Positions 47,139 to 56,393 of a stretch of 64,000 nucleotides of DNA are shown in pieces. The stretch spans positions 121,577 to 185,576 of the forward strand of contig CALRYF010000003.1 of the NCBI GenBank assembly GCA_943372325.1, given 5' to 3'. Position numbers and translations under genes: made by a program. Each line of letters begins with the position of its first letter. The first letter of the stretch is position 1. The notes below the pieces were generated by a model. The model saw nothing but the letters and a program-made list of their open reading frames with translations. It had not been told where the DNA came from and ran no database searches. This DNA is from Polynucleobacter meluiroseus (GTDB taxonomy: Bacteria > Pseudomonadota > Gammaproteobacteria > Burkholderiales > Burkholderiaceae).

Positions 47139-48521
47139 ATGCATTTACCAACATCTTTCACCTCAGAATTAACATCAATTTTTGCTGAGCGTTTTAGCAT
47201 CGCGCAAGCTGTTCGAGATCATCACGGGAGGGACGAGTCTCCTTACCCATTGATGGCCCCAGATGGAGTTGTCTTTGTCCAAACTAATGAAGAGGTTGCC
47301 GCTGTAATAAAGCTTTGCAACCAATACTCGGTTCCAGTGATTGCATTTGGTGCGGGCACATCCCTTGAGGGGCATTTACGTCCTATACATGGCGGCATCT
47401 GTCTTGACCTAAGTCAGATGAATCGGGTGCTTGATGTTTCCCCTGATGATTTTCTGGTAACAGTCCAATGCGGGGTGAGGCGTAAGCAACTCAATCATGA
47501 GATTAAGGATTTGGGATTATTTTTTCCTGTCGACCCTGGCGCTGATGCCACCTTAGGTGGAATGTGCGCTACTAGGGCTTCTGGTACCAATGCGGTGCGC
47601 TATGGAACGATGCGTGAAAACATTCTTGCAATGACGGTAGTTACAGCAAGCGGTGAAATTATTCAAGTTGGATCAAAAGCTAGAAAATCTTCAGCTGGAT
47701 ATGACTTAGTTCACCTATTTATTGGTAGCGAAGGAACCTTGGGGATTGTTACTGAAATTACTCTAAGGATTTATCCGTTGCCTGAGGCAATCTCGGCAGC
47801 TACATGTCAATTTCCCTCAGTGCATGAGGCAATAAAGGCTGTTACCGGAATTATTCAATACGGGGTTCCAGTGGCTCGTGTTGAGTTGGTTGATGAAGTT
47901 GCCATTGCGGCAATCAATCAATATGACAAGCTCTCATTAAAAGAGGTTCCGACCTTATTTTTTGAATTTCATGGATCTCCTGCGGGCGTTCAAGAGCAGG
48001 CTCAGATTGCAGAGCAAATTTCACGGGATTATCAAGGCGAGGGATTTGAATGGTCAATACACCCCGAAGATAGAGCACGTTTATGGCAAGCAAGGCATAA
48101 CGCCTATTTCGCATGCCTACAAATGCAGCCAGGCTCCCGAATTCTCAATACGGATATCTGCGTACCCATTTCTAAATTAGCAAACTGCATTGATGCTGCA
48201 CATGAAGTTCTTGGGAAGTCTCATCTGAGAAGCGCGATCTTAGGACATGTTGGTGACGGTAACTTTCACGCCTTAATTTCAATTGATCCAGATAAGCCAG
48301 ATGATATGGTAGAGGCCGAAAGATTGAATGGTTTAATTGTCCAGCAGGCGCTTGAGGTTGGTGGAACATGTACTGGTGAGCATGGTGTTGGAATACATAA
48401 GATTCAGTTTATGAATGCAGAACATGGGCCAGGAGCAATCGAATTAATGCAAAAAATTAAGAATGCATTTGATTCAAATCACATACTTAACCCCGGGAAA
48501 ATTTTGCCTAAACCCCAATAA
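47139..48521 (+). CDS. FAD-linked oxidase (GlcD/D-lactate dehydrogenase-like)
   Basis: It has an FAD_binding_4 region (PVIAFGAGTSLEGH, GSEGTLGIVTE) and a C-terminal oxidase domain (GTCTGEHGVG). Confidence 0.85.
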   Translation: MHLPTSFTSELTSIFAERFSIAQAVRDHHGRDESPYPLMAPDGVVFVQTNEEVAAVIKLCNQYSVPVIAFGAGTSLEGHLRPIHGGICLDLSQMNRVLDVSPDDFLVTVQCGVRRKQLNHEIKDLGLFFPVDPGADATLGGMCATRASGTNAVRYGTMRENILAMTVVTASGEIIQVGSKARKSSAGYDLVHLFIGSEGTLGIVTEITLRIYPLPEAISAATCQFPSVHEAIKAVTGIIQYGVPVARVELVDEVAIAAINQYDKLSLKEVPTLFFEFHGSPAGVQEQAQIAEQISRDYQGEGFEWSIHPEDRARLWQARHNAYFACLQMQPGSRILNTDICVPISKLANCIDAAHEVLGKSHLRSAILGHVGDGNFHALISIDPDKPDDMVEAERLNGLIVQQALEVGGTCTGEHGVGIHKIQFMNAEHGPGAIELMQKIKNAFDSNHILNPGKILPKPQ

Positions 48522-48549
48522 TTCATACTTAAATTAATATTTTTTATAC

Positions 48550-49659
48550 GTGACCAATACTTTTAAGCAAATTTCAGCAGGCTATTCGCGTTCCCTGGCA
48601 TTGCTTGCCGACAATACTAGTTGGGCTTGGGGAAATATCGGTCGAACAGATGCTTTAGCATCTACTGCTCCTTGGGCGGCTATTTGTGGTTCGGGTCCCC
48701 AAGAAATTGGGCATAACCGTTTTGCGCAACCTCTACCGCAGTTGCTCAACCCAAATATACCGTATACATATATAACCGATGCCATTGGGGAACTAATGGC
48801 GTTGGATATTCATGGTCGAGTGGATATGGTTGCAACATTGACCTCACTTAGCAGTGGTGCTGCTTGCTCACCAATTGCTGGAATACCTGGTGGTATGAAG
48901 CAAGTTTGTGCTAATGAGACCGCCAGTTACGCACTTGATTCCTCAGGAAGGGTATGGAGTTGGGGTAGTAATTTTCAGGGGCAGTTAGGGCGTCAAAGTG
49001 ATGAAGTTTTAAACCAAGCTCCCGCAAAAATTGAAACATTGCCCAAAATTACTCATCTTGCAACAGGAAAAAACCATACGCTTGCCCTGAGTGACAAGGG
49101 TGAGGTGTGGGCATGGGGTGCTAATACTGCCGGTCAATTAGGTCAAGGAAATCTAAATTCCCTAACCAAACCGGCGCGCGTATTAATAAACACATCAATT
49201 CGCGCAATTGCTGCAGGAGACACGCATAGCTTAGCTATTGATGCAAATGGTCGCCTTTATGCTTGGGGTTCAAATAACTTAGGGCAGCTTGGTACATTGA
49301 TGTCATCGAAGCTTGTTAGATATTCTTCAAGTCCACTAAGAGTTCAATTGGGTTTCAAATTAAAGCAAGTTGATGCAGGTATGCATTACACAATCGCTTT
49401 ATCAGATCAGGGAGAGCTTTATGCTTGGGGCTGGAATGGCATGGGGCAGCTTGGCGAGTCTACAGTCGATTCAACTAATCAAGCCACCAAAATATCGACC
49501 CTAAACCAAGTTCGAGAAATTAGTGCGGGGGCGTTTCATGCGCTTGCCTTAAACGATAAGGGGCTTTACGCTTGGGGCGATAACCGCAACTCTGCTTGCG
49601 GGATAAGCTTCGCTCAGACTGAGATTGTAAAGAAGCCCAACTTCGTTACATTTGCTTAA
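48550..49659 (+). CDS. RCC1-repeat (beta-propeller) protein
   Basis: It has six to seven repeats of the type (W/Y)(A/S)WG-x-N-x-x-GQLG, for example WSWGSNFQGQLG, WAWGANTAGQLG and YAWGSNNLGQLG. It uses a GTG start and has no signal peptide. Confidence 0.85.
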   Translation: MTNTFKQISAGYSRSLALLADNTSWAWGNIGRTDALASTAPWAAICGSGPQEIGHNRFAQPLPQLLNPNIPYTYITDAIGELMALDIHGRVDMVATLTSLSSGAACSPIAGIPGGMKQVCANETASYALDSSGRVWSWGSNFQGQLGRQSDEVLNQAPAKIETLPKITHLATGKNHTLALSDKGEVWAWGANTAGQLGQGNLNSLTKPARVLINTSIRAIAAGDTHSLAIDANGRLYAWGSNNLGQLGTLMSSKLVRYSSSPLRVQLGFKLKQVDAGMHYTIALSDQGELYAWGWNGMGQLGESTVDSTNQATKISTLNQVREISAGAFHALALNDKGLYAWGDNRNSACGISFAQTEIVKKPNFVTFA

Positions 49660-49670
49660 GGAGTTTAGAC

Positions 49671-51476
49671 GTGATTAAAAATTCCTTATTATCAAACCCT
49701 CACCCCTCAAGTGATGATGAAGATGAGATGGGGCGTCGCGATTTTCTTCGTTGGGTGGCGGTTTCTGCTGGAGGTGTAGTTGCTACACAGCTGACTGCAT
49801 GTGGTGGCGGCTCTGATTCGGCCTCTGCATCGTCTACAACCCTTGCAGAGCCAGCAGTATTGCGATCAAGTAATGGCTTGGTCAGTATGGATTTAATAGC
49901 TGAGTACTCAAGCCAATCTATTACCTTGGGGAATGCTAATAACAGCAATACATACCCATCCGAAAAGACAACTGTAAATACTACCTTGCGTCGTTATGCA
50001 CTGGGCTCTCCTGCGCCTACATTAAGAGTTAAACCTGGGGATACGATCGAGATTCGATTGATTAATCGATTGCCGCCTAGCTCAAGCGGTCAGTCTGCAT
50101 TGAGATTTCTAAATTACCAAAACAGTACCAATCTACATTTTCATGGCATGCATGTCAGTCCAAAAAGAGTGGTAGTGGATGGAAAAGAGATTTTTGGTGA
50201 CTATATAGTTGATACGCCTGAGCAGGGGGTGTTGCCGGGCTCAGAGCGCCTGCACAGAATTGAGATTCCGATGAACCACCCTCCGGGAATCTTTTGGTAT
50301 CACCCACATTTACATGGATCAACTGCTGCTCAGGTAAGTAGCGGGATGTTTGGCGCCATCATTGTGGAAGGTGCTAACGGTCAACTATTTGATCCAGGGA
50401 TTGCATCTGAGAGGGTTATTTTTGTTCACAAGCATAATTTGACAGCGACGGGACGTACTGATTCATTAAGAGATGTGTCCGAACCTGAACCGTCGGGTTT
50501 TTTGCTCAATGGAGTTAGTCAGCCAACGATCGTGATGCGCCCAGGTGAAGTTCAAATCTGGTATTTCATTAATAGTTCAACTTTTTACCATTTCAATCCA
50601 GTGCTTGATGGCCATACTTTGCAAGCATTTGCGCGCGATGGTGACCCAATTCCTGAGGGCTATCGACCAATTGATTCTGAGGCGGTTGCAAAATTTAAGA
50701 ATGGAAATTGGGATAATAATCTTCAGGAGTGGCCCGGAACATTCGCATCCCCTGGTTCTAGGATTAGCGTATTCGTTAAAGCAAGCGATATTGCCGGAAC
50801 CTATTACTTAAGATCTGCGCTTTCGCCATGGACGGCTCTGCCCAATATTCCTATTTATGAAGAAATCGTCGCTCGCATACAGGTGCAGGGTGAGCCTGTT
50901 CAGGAGGTAATTCCACCGGCTTCCAATTTCACTAGGCACACCGATTTTCAGCCTATTACAGCCGAAGAAGTCGCTAGTAGTGGTGGGGAAACACGTAATC
51001 TGGTTTTAGGTGTTTTTCGCCTCAATAGTACAAGCCTGCCAGATCCCTTACCTGCAGGCGAGGAGTGGGTCTTGCCAGCGGATGAGGGTGGTATTTTGAG
51101 CGGATCTGTCTTTGGGACCGGAGTCGTCAATAACGGCGTTGCTAGCAAAATTTATACATTTCAGTCCGCAACAGGCGCCAGTATTGTGTCGCAAACAGTT
51201 GTTCTAGGAGCGGTAGAGGAGTGGACTATTGCGACTTTGGATGGATTCCCGCATCCGTTTCATATGCACATTAATGATATGTATGTGGTGAAAATCAATG
51301 GGCAGGATCTTGCTAAACCGTATTGGGCAGATACATTAGCAATTCCGCCTAGAGGTAGCGTCACATTTAGAGTGCGATTTAAGGATTACGACGGTTCATT
51401 TGTTTGGCATTGCCATGTTTTAGATCATGAAGACCTTGGCATGATGCAGCTAGTAACGATTGTGAAGAATTTATAG
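49671..51476 (+). CDS. multicopper oxidase, Tat signal plus lipobox
   Basis: It has RRDFLRW...QLTAC-GGGSDS and the copper motifs HFHGMH, WYHPHLHG, HPFHMH and HCHVLDHEDLGMM. An AAGGAG Shine-Dalgarno precedes the GTG start. Confidence 0.9.
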   Translation: MIKNSLLSNPHPSSDDEDEMGRRDFLRWVAVSAGGVVATQLTACGGGSDSASASSTTLAEPAVLRSSNGLVSMDLIAEYSSQSITLGNANNSNTYPSEKTTVNTTLRRYALGSPAPTLRVKPGDTIEIRLINRLPPSSSGQSALRFLNYQNSTNLHFHGMHVSPKRVVVDGKEIFGDYIVDTPEQGVLPGSERLHRIEIPMNHPPGIFWYHPHLHGSTAAQVSSGMFGAIIVEGANGQLFDPGIASERVIFVHKHNLTATGRTDSLRDVSEPEPSGFLLNGVSQPTIVMRPGEVQIWYFINSSTFYHFNPVLDGHTLQAFARDGDPIPEGYRPIDSEAVAKFKNGNWDNNLQEWPGTFASPGSRISVFVKASDIAGTYYLRSALSPWTALPNIPIYEEIVARIQVQGEPVQEVIPPASNFTRHTDFQPITAEEVASSGGETRNLVLGVFRLNSTSLPDPLPAGEEWVLPADEGGILSGSVFGTGVVNNGVASKIYTFQSATGASIVSQTVVLGAVEEWTIATLDGFPHPFHMHINDMYVVKINGQDLAKPYWADTLAIPPRGSVTFRVRFKDYDGSFVWHCHVLDHEDLGMMQLVTIVKNL

Positions 51477-51509
51477 CTTGCAGCAATCTGGATAGGGCTG
51501 TATCGCTAG

Positions 51510-53102
51510 TTAGAAATATGTTGCCCTAGGATCAATTTCACTGGCGGCACGCAATCCAGACTCTAGGGCGCCTTCAACCCATCCAGATTTATAGCTGGTA
51601 AAGTCTCCGGCAAAATGAATTCTTCCTTCCGGTATGCCCCATTCATCTCGCATCCATGGTTGGACACCTACACCCAATGCAGATTTAATCCATGGCACAT
51701 CTTCTCCATCAGCCCACATTATGCTATCTGTGGTGACAACTTGATTTTGGTACACCAAGTTATTCGTCAGCGGAGGAGTGGATGTGCTCAAAGCATTGGT
51801 AAGCGTACTATTAAACTGAGGAAGCAATAATTCTGTGCGCTCTTTATATCTATTGGGGCCTGTGATTGCTTTAAGTTGGGCTAGTTTTACATCTCGATAG
51901 ACATAAAAAAAGACATTTCCATAGCCCCCACTTTCATTGCCGGTAATATCAATAATCCGATTCCAGTCCTTATCTGAAGAAGCCATTGGCCAGCCTAGAT
52001 CACCTTGTGCGACCCAGGATGGTGTCTGAGTTTGAATAATCCCTTTAAATCCATTAATCCAGGTCATACCTTTAAAAAGGTTTGTCTTGCCAGTTGACCA
52101 TGATGGTTGAACATTGAGCTCCTCAATCACCTTAAATGGAATGGTGCTTATTACCTTATCAGCCTGATAAACCCTTCCATCCTTGGTAGTCACTTTTGCT
52201 TGTGAGCCAGTTTGATCAATGGAGACAACTTGAGAATTTAAGATAATCAAATTTCGACCAACTGCATCAGCCATCGATTTTGCAAGGCGCTCATTTCCGC
52301 CTTGAATGCGAAAAAATATCTTTTTATAAAAGAAATAGATTAGAGAAGGTAGACCACCAAGCACATCTCCGTCTGCGGCAACTGAGCCTAAATGTACGTT
52401 TAATAAATTGATAAAACCTTGAGAGGCGCCTTGTTCAAGCAACAATTCTTTTACGGTCTTAGTTCCATACTTAGCAACTGCTTCTGCAGTAGGCCAGCTT
52501 GGTTCAAGTGCTACGTCCAAATTTGTAAGACCAGCTTTATTGAAATATTTAACAAGAGTGGGGCCAAGAGGAGTTTGTCTCTCGCTGGCATAAAGACCCC
52601 ATTGCACAGGCCAGCCGGCGGGGTTAGAACTATCCCCCTGATAACTAATTCCATCTGTGCCATCCATTACATAGCGAGGCGTGCCATCATATACATCTAG
52701 TTGTGGCAATTGGTAACGATCGACAAGCTTATTAACAAGAGGCATACCTTCGTTTGAAAAATGACCTGCACCTAATTCGGTAAACTGACCATTTTTTAAT
52801 TCTCTAGACCACAGTCGCCCACCAATGCGATCCTGATATTCCAAAATTGTGACATTGTGGCCCTGTTGCTGAAGCGCAAGGGCAGCACTTAGTCCAGCTG
52901 CGCCAGCGCCAAGAATGAGCACATTCTGGGATCCGTTTGTACTGGTATCACTGCTTCCACCACCACAAGCAGAAAGTCCAAGAGTTGAGAGTATTAGAGA
53001 GCTAACACCGGCATGCCGTAAAAATTCACGGCGAGTGACGCCTTTTATATCTTTGGCGATAATCTTTTCTACAGAGGTTTTGCCAGGTTTTTTTGTACTC
53101 AT
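51510..53102 (-). CDS. flavin-containing amine oxidase (MAO/L-amino-acid-oxidase-like), Tat signal plus lipobox
   Basis: It has TRREFLRHAG...LGLSAC-GGGSSD and the dinucleotide fold VLILGAGAAGLSAALAL...EYQDRIGGR. Confidence 0.85.
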   Translation of the reverse strand: MSTKKPGKTSVEKIIAKDIKGVTRREFLRHAGVSSLILSTLGLSACGGGSSDTSTNGSQNVLILGAGAAGLSAALALQQQGHNVTILEYQDRIGGRLWSRELKNGQFTELGAGHFSNEGMPLVNKLVDRYQLPQLDVYDGTPRYVMDGTDGISYQGDSSNPAGWPVQWGLYASERQTPLGPTLVKYFNKAGLTNLDVALEPSWPTAEAVAKYGTKTVKELLLEQGASQGFINLLNVHLGSVAADGDVLGGLPSLIYFFYKKIFFRIQGGNERLAKSMADAVGRNLIILNSQVVSIDQTGSQAKVTTKDGRVYQADKVISTIPFKVIEELNVQPSWSTGKTNLFKGMTWINGFKGIIQTQTPSWVAQGDLGWPMASSDKDWNRIIDITGNESGGYGNVFFYVYRDVKLAQLKAITGPNRYKERTELLLPQFNSTLTNALSTSTPPLTNNLVYQNQVVTTDSIMWADGEDVPWIKSALGVGVQPWMRDEWGIPEGRIHFAGDFTSYKSGWVEGALESGLRAASEIDPRATYF

Positions 53103-53357
53103 TTAGGAAGCTATGTTTTTATAAATGAACTAAAAATTATTAATTATTATAAATTTATTAATAGCACAAATAATACCAATAATGGAATACGTATTTTTGC
53201 TGAGTACCCGCTGCGCTATAGCTGGCGGCATATCAGGAGTTCTAGCATTAAATTCAGATCTACAAGTAGCAGATTTCAATTGAATTGAATTCCAGGTAGT
53301 CTGATATATAGTTGCAAATAAAAGTGTATTTATAAATCCATCTAATGCCTGAATATT

Positions 53358-53918
53358 ATGAAAAATCTTTCTTCACTATTTGCGTTTATTCATATTGCGT
53401 ATTTAAGGACTTCATTGGTGCGTGTTACCCAGTTTCTAATACTCATGTGCATCTGCGCGCATGTTAATGCTCAAAGTGTAGGCAAGCCTTTTGTCTCTTC
53501 CCAGGGAGTATCAAAGGCTACTTCGGATCCTGATGGTTCTGGTGTTGTTACTGTAGTACCCATTAGTCCAACTGTCATACCCCTAGGTTTAAATCGTTAT
53601 GGAGGCCCTACAGCAAATAATGCCAAGACGAAACAGATGTCGGCAAATCGGATTGTTTTGCCTCCGGGTGCTCGTGGCCCCAGAAATTTACATAAGGGTG
53701 CCGATAGCATTCTTATGATCATGCAAGGTAATCTAACCGCTCTCATTGGGGCAGCTGGTGAGAAAACATTTATTTTGAAACCGGGTGATTTTTTATATGT
53801 CCCTGGTGATGTATGGCATCAGTGGGTTAACCTCAGCAAGGCTGAGACAGTTACTTTTGTCGAAATTCGTGCAGATGCAGACGATAACACCAACGTACAA
53901 ATCATCCCAACACCCTGA
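53358..53918 (+). CDS. secreted cupin-domain protein (paralogue 1)
   Basis: It has a signal peptide and a cupin motif 2 (GDFLYVPGDVWHQWVN). Motif 1 is degenerate, with NLH in place of HxH. Confidence 0.7.
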   Translation: MKNLSSLFAFIHIAYLRTSLVRVTQFLILMCICAHVNAQSVGKPFVSSQGVSKATSDPDGSGVVTVVPISPTVIPLGLNRYGGPTANNAKTKQMSANRIVLPPGARGPRNLHKGADSILMIMQGNLTALIGAAGEKTFILKPGDFLYVPGDVWHQWVNLSKAETVTFVEIRADADDNTNVQIIPTP

Positions 53919-53951
53919 ACATCCCATTTAGCGCTACCGAAAGACTATTCA

Positions 53952-54482
53952 ATGATGAACTTATCCACCTTGAAGATGACCGTTTTGCGCTATGGATTCA
54001 TTTTGGGCTCTGGCCTATCGATTGCCGCGCCTTTACAAGCTCACGTGGTAGACCACAAAGAAACTTCAGTTGCCGCCAACGAAAAAATCGTGGTGCCTAA
54101 TAGTGGCGGAGTTACTACTATCCGCAGCAATACTCCAATCATCACACGTCAAAAGGTTCAACTTTTTCCAGGAGTTACTAAAGCTTCGGCGGATTCAACG
54201 CAACTTTCAGTGAATCGCATTATCCTGCCCCCGGGCATGAAAGGGCTTCGTCACATGCACAAGGATGCGGAGACTGTCATTTATATTATTGAGGGTAATG
54301 CAAGGACTTTCATTGGGGAGAATGGTGAAATCGCGGTAGATAACAAGGCAGGAGATTTTATCTTTATTCCAGCCAATGTTTGGCACCAGCCTTCGAATAT
54401 TTCCAAAAATCGTGTGATAGCGATAGAAGCGCGGGCAGATGCCGATGACCAGCAGAATGTGATCTTGGCGCCCAATCGTTAA
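53952..54482 (+). CDS. secreted cupin-domain protein (paralogue 2)
   Basis: It has a signal peptide, a canonical motif 1 (HMHKDAE...G) and motif 2 (GDFIFIPANVWHQPSN). Confidence 0.75.
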   Translation: MMNLSTLKMTVLRYGFILGSGLSIAAPLQAHVVDHKETSVAANEKIVVPNSGGVTTIRSNTPIITRQKVQLFPGVTKASADSTQLSVNRIILPPGMKGLRHMHKDAETVIYIIEGNARTFIGENGEIAVDNKAGDFIFIPANVWHQPSNISKNRVIAIEARADADDQQNVILAPNR

Positions 54483-54494
54483 GTAGTTTTGAAG

Positions 54495-56300
54495 TCAATT
54501 GAGGCTCAAAGGATTTAGCTTCGAGTCTAGAGTATTCCAAAAGTCACATCGATGTGCATCGTTGGCGTTATACAAAGCAATTTCATTGGGTTTAAACAGC
54601 ATTACCCTTTTATCATTGCTTGCCTGATTAAAGCGTGGCCAGCCACTAATTTCAGTAGTTTCTGGAGATCCCGATTTTACAAAGTTAGCCCAAGACTGAA
54701 CCATCTTGTTAGATAGCCTCTGAGATGCTGCCGGCAAATTAGGCGCATCTATTGCGGAGGTATTTGACAAATTTGGAAAAATGTAATTTAGGGCGGATGA
54801 GTGAACGGGTCCTAAGGCCATTTTTGGATCCTGTCCTTTTGGAATACCTACGCCCAACACTAATGCATCTGGATCAGCAAATTCCCATTGATATAAAGGC
54901 ATAACATCACTAAAGGCTTGAGCAGTCCTTAAGTAGCTGCAGTTATTTAAGCCAACTACAGGGGTGTAGTCAGAAAAAATAGAGCCCAAAGTGTCTGCTG
55001 TAAATGGTGCGCTGGCTAATTGGTACTCGTCAGTAATGGCTTGAAATTTTCCATACCAAGAAAATGAAGCTAAGGCATAGTATTTATCAAACTGTCCTAA
55101 TGTAGGGGGGTTGGCGGTTAAATCACCAAATACGAATGCGTTATTGGTTGTTAATGTATTTGGATTAAAACTTGGTTCACGAGACATCTCCACCAAAACA
55201 TCGTATCCAACGTAAAGCCTCAACTCGTCCTTTGCCCCACCATATAGCATCGGAACCTTATAAAGATTTGTCTTGATAGCGCTTGCAGTCCAATCTGCAA
55301 TTGGTAGCGTTCCATTGCCACCGCTAGCAATGACTGGAGCGAAGGGGAATACAGGCACTTCATCTGCTACTTGGCCTTGAGCCTCAAGAACATCCTTGAG
55401 GGGTTTATTACGCATGCAACTAAGTTCTGTACTACTACCAACTTGATTGCCTCGATTACAGCCTAGTTTGGAGGACATTCTTTCAAATACCGGGGTAGTG
55501 CTGCCATCTATAGAAAGGTTAGATCCAGCCAAAGAGTCGGCTAATTTTGGCCATTCATAAAGGCAGTTATAGCTTAAGGCTAGAGCTTGCTGAAAGAGTC
55601 CTTCAACTTTGGATTTACTGAGAACATGTAAGCATGTAGAGGCAGATCCAGCAGACTCACCTGCAATAGTAATCTTACTGCTGTCACCTTTAAATGCGTC
55701 AATGTTATCTTTTACCCATTGAAAAGCTAGTCTTTGATCTTCAAGGCCTAGGTTGCCATTCCAGCCATCAGCAACGGATGGATGCGCCATAAAACCAAGG
55801 GCGCCAACGCGGTAATTGGCTGATACGACGATGATTCTGCCTTCATTGGCAAGCTTGTCCAGTCGATAAAGGTTTGAGGAGCCGCCAACAAAGCCGCCAC
55901 CAGGAATCCAAATCATAACCGGAAGGCGTTCATCTTCTCCAATATTGATGGGTGAAGTGATGTTGAGTGTTAAGCAATCTTCATTCAAGCTTTCTTCGGT
56001 TAAGCCAAAGCGAGCTTGTTGTGGGCAGGCACTACCAAAATTGGTGGCATTTAAAGTCCCATTCCAGGGCTTAACTGGTTTAGCAAGTGTCCAGCGGTCC
56101 GAAGCGCTTAGGGGCTGGGCGTATGGAATACCTCTGTATTCATTAACGCCATTTCTTTGCACACCCTGAACCATGCCGAGATTGGTAGAAACTATAGGGT
56201 TTGAGGCATTGCTACTATCGCTATTACTTCCACATCCATTAAGCATTGAAAATATCATGAGGATGATGATGGATCTAATGGCGTAAGGGAGTGGATTCAT
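54495..56300 (-). CDS. lipoprotein, type-B carboxylesterase/lipase family (paralogue of 45286-47133)
   Basis: The lipobox is MLNGC followed by GSNSDSS. It has YRGIPYA, EDCLTLNI, IWIPGGGF and GESAGSAS. Confidence 0.88.
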   Translation of the reverse strand: MNPLPYAIRSIIILMIFSMLNGCGSNSDSSNASNPIVSTNLGMVQGVQRNGVNEYRGIPYAQPLSASDRWTLAKPVKPWNGTLNATNFGSACPQQARFGLTEESLNEDCLTLNITSPINIGEDERLPVMIWIPGGGFVGGSSNLYRLDKLANEGRIIVVSANYRVGALGFMAHPSVADGWNGNLGLEDQRLAFQWVKDNIDAFKGDSSKITIAGESAGSASTCLHVLSKSKVEGLFQQALALSYNCLYEWPKLADSLAGSNLSIDGSTTPVFERMSSKLGCNRGNQVGSSTELSCMRNKPLKDVLEAQGQVADEVPVFPFAPVIASGGNGTLPIADWTASAIKTNLYKVPMLYGGAKDELRLYVGYDVLVEMSREPSFNPNTLTTNNAFVFGDLTANPPTLGQFDKYYALASFSWYGKFQAITDEYQLASAPFTADTLGSIFSDYTPVVGLNNCSYLRTAQAFSDVMPLYQWEFADPDALVLGVGIPKGQDPKMALGPVHSSALNYIFPNLSNTSAIDAPNLPAASQRLSNKMVQSWANFVKSGSPETTEISGWPRFNQASNDKRVMLFKPNEIALYNANDAHRCDFWNTLDSKLNPLSLN

Positions 56301-56393
56301 GAATTAGGCTAAAAGATCGGTTCCCCTCATTTTAGCAATTTGTTATTTTATTGAAGTTAATTGTGACTAAACGGCAGTAATTTAGATCACGAG

